Shown here: piece by piece, positions 28,676 through 32,068 of the stretch
Layout of the letters: every line of letters begins with the position of its first letter
Position numbering within the stretch: the stretch's first letter is position 1
NCBI GenBank assembly: GCA_001805695.1
Contig: MHGT01000007.1
Coordinates: forward strand, 19,001 to 51,068
Length of the DNA stretch: 32,068 nt
Direction: 5' to 3'
From: Omnitrophica WOR_2 bacterium RIFCSPHIGHO2_02_FULL_67_20
GTDB taxonomy: Bacteria > Omnitrophota > Gorgyraeia > Aquiviventales > Aquiviventaceae
The notes under the pieces: generated by a model
The model's database searches: none
What the model was told of the DNA's origin: nothing
Seen by the model: only the letters and a program-made list of their open reading frames with translations
Position numbers and translations under genes: made by a program

Positions 28676-30063
28676 AAGTCGGCTTCATCGCCATGAGTGG
28701 TGTGCGAGCGTACAACGAGGAACTCACGCGAATTGGGCTGACGCTTCCTGGTTTTGTCGAACGCAGCCAGGTCATTGCTTCATTGCCGAGCCTTTCACTT
28801 CTGACATTGGCGGCGATGACTCCACCGCCAATCGAGGTTGAGTATCGTGAGATCAAAGATTTGCGAAACACACCACCCCTTCCTACCGATTACGATCTGG
28901 TCGCCATCTCGTCCTTCTCTGCCCAAATCTACGAAGCCTACCAAGTCGCCGATGAGTATCGCAGACAGGGAATCCCTGTGGTTCTTGGCGGGCTTCATGT
29001 CAGCGTATTACCTGAAGAAGCGAAAACACATTGTACAAGTGTGGTAGTTGGCGAAGGTGAAATATCATGGGGGAAGGTTGTTGCCGATTTCGTTGCAGGG
29101 AAGCTCCAAGACTATTACACCCCTGCTGGGGAGTCGTACAACTTGGCAGACGCTCCGATTCCCCGTTACGAATTGCTAGACATCGAGCAATACAACCGGC
29201 TGACAGTCCAAACCAGTAGAGGCTGTCCTCACCGCTGCGATTTCTGCGCTAGTTCCATTCTGTTGACCCCCAAGTACAAGGTCAAACCTGTTGAACAGGT
29301 CATCGCCGAGATTCGAAGGATCAAGGCGATCTGGAAGCATCCATTCATCGAGTTCGCTGACGACAACAGCTTTGTAATTCGAGAGTATTACAAACGCCTG
29401 CTGCGTGCGCTCAAAGATGAAGGGCTTCGTTGGTTTACGGAAGCAGACATCTCCGTTGCCGAGGATGAGGGGTTGCTGCATCTGATGCGTGAAAGCGGCT
29501 GTCGGCAGGTGCTCATCGGCTTGGAAAGTCCCACACCGCAGGGCTTGGATGGCGTCGAGCAGCGGCGAAACTGGAAACTGAAGAAACTGCCGGACTACGA
29601 GTCAGCGATTCGTACCATTCAAGGGCATGGGATCACTGTGGATGGATGCTTCATCTTGGGACTGGATGGAGATGGTGAAGACATCTTTGATCGCGTCTAC
29701 GAGTTTGTCGAGAATACAGGATTGTATGAAGTGCAACTGACCGTACTGACGCCATTTCCTGGCACGCCGCTCTATCACCGCCTGAGACAGGAAGGGCGTT
29801 TACTCGAAGATCGAGCCTGGCACAAATGCACGCTCTTTGATGTGAATTACGTGCCCAAGCAGATGTCGGTTGAAAGGTTGGAACGTGGATTGGTGGAGCT
29901 ATCAAGAAGGATTTACGATAGTGCGTTTATTCGTGATCGAAGGAGACGCTTTTTCAAGACGCTGCGGAGAAGTGGAGTGGAGTGGTTGCAAAAAATGGAG
30001 GAGGGATGGGGCGATGAGTATCGGGACGATCAAGAAGCTGTTTGTGATCGCCGCGCTGTATGA
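28672..30063 (+). CDS. B12-binding domain radical SAM protein
   Basis: PSLSLLTLAAMTP, VVLGGLH, VVGEGE, QTSRGCPHRCDFC (CxxxCxxC), FADDN, IGLES, FILGLDGD, LTPFPGTPL. Confidence 0.95.
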   Translation: MKVGFIAMSGVRAYNEELTRIGLTLPGFVERSQVIASLPSLSLLTLAAMTPPPIEVEYREIKDLRNTPPLPTDYDLVAISSFSAQIYEAYQVADEYRRQGIPVVLGGLHVSVLPEEAKTHCTSVVVGEGEISWGKVVADFVAGKLQDYYTPAGESYNLADAPIPRYELLDIEQYNRLTVQTSRGCPHRCDFCASSILLTPKYKVKPVEQVIAEIRRIKAIWKHPFIEFADDNSFVIREYYKRLLRALKDEGLRWFTEADISVAEDEGLLHLMRESGCRQVLIGLESPTPQGLDGVEQRRNWKLKKLPDYESAIRTIQGHGITVDGCFILGLDGDGEDIFDRVYEFVENTGLYEVQLTVLTPFPGTPLYHRLRQEGRLLEDRAWHKCTLFDVNYVPKQMSVERLERGLVELSRRIYDSAFIRDRRRRFFKTLRRSGVEWLQKMEEGWGDEYRDDQEAVCDRRAV

Positions 30064-30394
30064 TTTTGTTCTGGGTGTAGTCTTTTTGGTGGCTTGGAAG
30101 CAGGTCTACAACTATTTCGGGGTGACGCTCCCGAACCACGATGGCTACGTGCAATTTGGGGCGGCACTGGTGGCAATCTTCGGGGTTGGGTTTTGGCTTG
30201 TGGCGCAGAACCCTGAGCGCAACCGTGACATCATCAAAATGGGTGTCCTGTTGAAAATCGCATATTCGGGCGTAGTGCTTGGACACCACTTCTTCGGGAT
30301 GGTTCCAGGCGTGTGGGTTCCGTTTGCCTGGTGCGATCTTGTTTTTCTAGCGTTATTCGTAGCGGCACTGCGTGCCCTGCCATCAAGGGCGTAG
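30014..30394 (+). CDS. Hypothetical 4-TM membrane protein
   Basis: LF.IAALYD..LG, P.RNRDII.MG...K, W.DL.F..LF; 50-nt overlap with the radical SAM gene. Confidence 0.82.
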   Translation: MSIGTIKKLFVIAALYDFVLGVVFLVAWKQVYNYFGVTLPNHDGYVQFGAALVAIFGVGFWLVAQNPERNRDIIKMGVLLKIAYSGVVLGHHFFGMVPGVWVPFAWCDLVFLALFVAALRALPSRA

Positions 30395-30443
30395 GATAGC
30401 AGAGACTTCTTGCGTGACATAATTGCCCGCTGATCATATGAAT

Positions 30444-30650
30444 ATGACGAAATCCATACATTTAATCACTTACGGCTGTCAGATGAATGAAAGAGATTCC
30501 GAGGAGGTGCTCGGGATGCTGACGGCGCAGGGCTACGAGATCGCCGGGCAGCCGGAAGACGCGGACGTCATCCTCCTGAACACCTGCTCGGTACGAGCCC
30601 ATGCCGAGGAGCGGGCGTTTGGGAAGCTTTCGGGTAGAGAATATTGTTGA
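30444..30650 (+). pseudogene. miaB: miaB 5' fragment 3 (truncated UPF0004 domain, about 62 MiaB-like residues)
   Basis: TYGCQMNERDSE, ADVILLNTCSVR..AEERAFGKL, then SGREYC*; no radical SAM domain follows. Confidence 0.93.
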
Positions 30651-30682
30651 CATACAATCCATTTTCGTAGAATATTGACAGT
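30638..30682 (+). promoter_or_regulatory. Candidate promoter of the AAA ATPase gene
   Basis: AT-rich; TTGACA (30647-52) and TAGAAT (30668-73, 15-bp spacing is suboptimal); AGAATATTG repeated twice; no RBS, so possibly near-leaderless. Confidence 0.45.
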
Positions 30683-31867
30683 ATGGAATACATCACTAGA
30701 CTGCTGGAACAGAAAATCCGACGGGCCCTCCATCGCAATAGAAGCATCCTGCTCTTCGGGGCCCGGCAGACCGGCAAGACCACGCTGATCAGCCGCTTTC
30801 ACGCGGATCTGGTCATCACCCTCGTGAGGCCGGACATCCGTCAGCGGTATGAAAAGTCACCACAGCTACTGGCCGGTGAGGTGGAGGCGCTCGCCCCCAC
30901 AGCCGCGAACACACGTCCGCTGGTCGTTGTCGATGAAGTGCAAAAAGTGCCAACGTTGTTGGATGTGGTGCAGGACCTCATTGACCGGGGCCGCGCCAAT
31001 TTTGTGCTGACGGGGTCCAGCGCTCGAAAACTTCGCCGCGGCGCCGTCGTCAATCTCCTGCCGGGGCGCGTGGCCACGTTCAGGTTAGATCCGTTCAGTT
31101 TGCGGGAAGTGCCCGCACAGGACGTGCATGAGCGCCTGCTGTACGGGTCGTTGCCCGGCATGCTGGCGGTGCCGGATCGTGCAGATCGAGAAACCGATTT
31201 GGAATCGTATGTGACGACGTATCTGGAAGAAGAGGTGCGGGCAGAGGCGCTTGTGCGGAATGTGGGCGATTTTGCCAGGTTTCTTGAGCTGGCCGCATCC
31301 GAATCCGGCAACATCGTCAACTTGAGAAAATTGTCTCAGGAGATCGGCGTGTCCCATACGACGATCGGGGCCTACTACCAAATTCTCGAAGACTGCCTGA
31401 TCGCCGAGCGGATTGAGCCCGTGACCCACAGCAAGACGAGGAAGAAACTGACCAAATCCGAAAAATACCTGTTCTTTGATTTGGGGGTCCGGCGTCTGGC
31501 AGCCCGAGAAGGCACGAAACTGCCGCGCGATACCTTCGGGCGGCTGTTTGAGCAATTCGTTGGTCTGGAACTGGTTCGGTGCGCCCATGCTGCGCACCGA
31601 ACCCTCGCCATCCGCTTTTGGCGTGATCCGGACGGCCCGGAAGTGGATTGGGTCATCGACGATGAGGGGGCCTATGCCCCCGTGGAAGTGAAATGGACGG
31701 ACCATCCTCGATCCGGCGACATCCGCCATCTGGAAGTGTTCCTCGACGAATATCCCTCGGCCAGGGCCGGGTACATCGTGTGTCACGTGCCGCGTAAAAC
31801 CAAGCTGAGCCGCCGCGTCGTCGCGCTGCCCTGGCAAGCCATTGACGAGCTGATCCCTGCGTCATGA
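30683..31867 (+). CDS. AAA_14 / DUF4143 ATP-binding protein with C-terminal nuclease-like motif
   Basis: GARQTGKTT, VVVDEVQK, LTGSSARKL, NLLPGR, YGSLP, KYLFFDLGV, EVDWV...VEVK. Confidence 0.93.
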   Translation: MEYITRLLEQKIRRALHRNRSILLFGARQTGKTTLISRFHADLVITLVRPDIRQRYEKSPQLLAGEVEALAPTAANTRPLVVVDEVQKVPTLLDVVQDLIDRGRANFVLTGSSARKLRRGAVVNLLPGRVATFRLDPFSLREVPAQDVHERLLYGSLPGMLAVPDRADRETDLESYVTTYLEEEVRAEALVRNVGDFARFLELAASESGNIVNLRKLSQEIGVSHTTIGAYYQILEDCLIAERIEPVTHSKTRKKLTKSEKYLFFDLGVRRLAAREGTKLPRDTFGRLFEQFVGLELVRCAHAAHRTLAIRFWRDPDGPEVDWVIDDEGAYAPVEVKWTDHPRSGDIRHLEVFLDEYPSARAGYIVCHVPRKTKLSRRVVALPWQAIDELIPAS

Positions 31868-31899
31868 CCCGCGCGATCTTTCTTCAAACCTATGGGTGA
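31864..31899 (+). pseudogene. miaB: miaB-like 5' fragment 4 (MTRAIFLQTYG*)
   Basis: ATGA overlap with the ATPase stop; IFLQTYG identical to fragment 2 with only synonymous changes; TGA at the Cys position. Confidence 0.78.
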
Positions 31900-32068
31900 C
31901 CATAGTGGTGCAATACCTGGACTCCCCGCACTATCCAGACAGGCTGTTGCGGAGGACGCCAACCAAGTGTTCGAGGCGCTGGCCGATGGGTTCCGCCTTG
32001 TGCTGGCAGGAATAGAGTTGAAGTGATCATGGTAGTGACCCGCTCACTGCAGATGCTCACGGCAGTCG

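Noticed and set aside
28115-31899. Genome-wide UGA reassignment (code 4 or 25)
   Set aside because: Many backbone and cargo genes end cleanly in TGA, often in ATGA overlaps, and long genes have no internal TGA.
26317-32068. Classical integron or prophage
   Set aside because: No integrase, no complete attC with both R boxes, and no phage genes in the window.

Overview
Bacterial window. About 1-26.3 kb is a GC-rich (by eye) housekeeping and transport backbone: partial nucleotidyltransferase, metK, ahcY, lptG/lptF, ComF, a YyaL-type thioredoxin protein, a response regulator, a DEAD-box helicase, a YchF-like protein, DUF4139, yajQ, lpdA, an Rrf2 regulator with sbp-cysT-cysW-cysA, a NitT/TauT ABC pair, a methyltransferase and an alpha/beta hydrolase. 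Many intergenic gaps carry inverted heptamer or nonamer tandem repeats or a small palindromic element, and one nested palindromic element is inserted in frame in a gene. From about 26.3 kb to the end is a lower-GC accessory region with the most interesting signal. Unrelated cargo genes alternate with at least four different 5' fragments of miaB (MNKPLAVVTYGC, MSKSIFLQTYG*, MTKSIHLITYGCQMN...AFGKL, MTRAIFLQTYG*). Two fragments break at the same base in a TATGG-N4-CCATA palindrome and are followed by homologous short coding remnants. Covarying hairpin repeats nearby end in the same ACC[A/T]TA motif. I infer a tandem cassette array built by repeated integration into the 5' end of miaB, each cassette supplying a replacement N-terminus. 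No recombinase and no intact miaB lie in the window, so the mechanism is unproven. I saw no rRNA, tRNA or CRISPR array.
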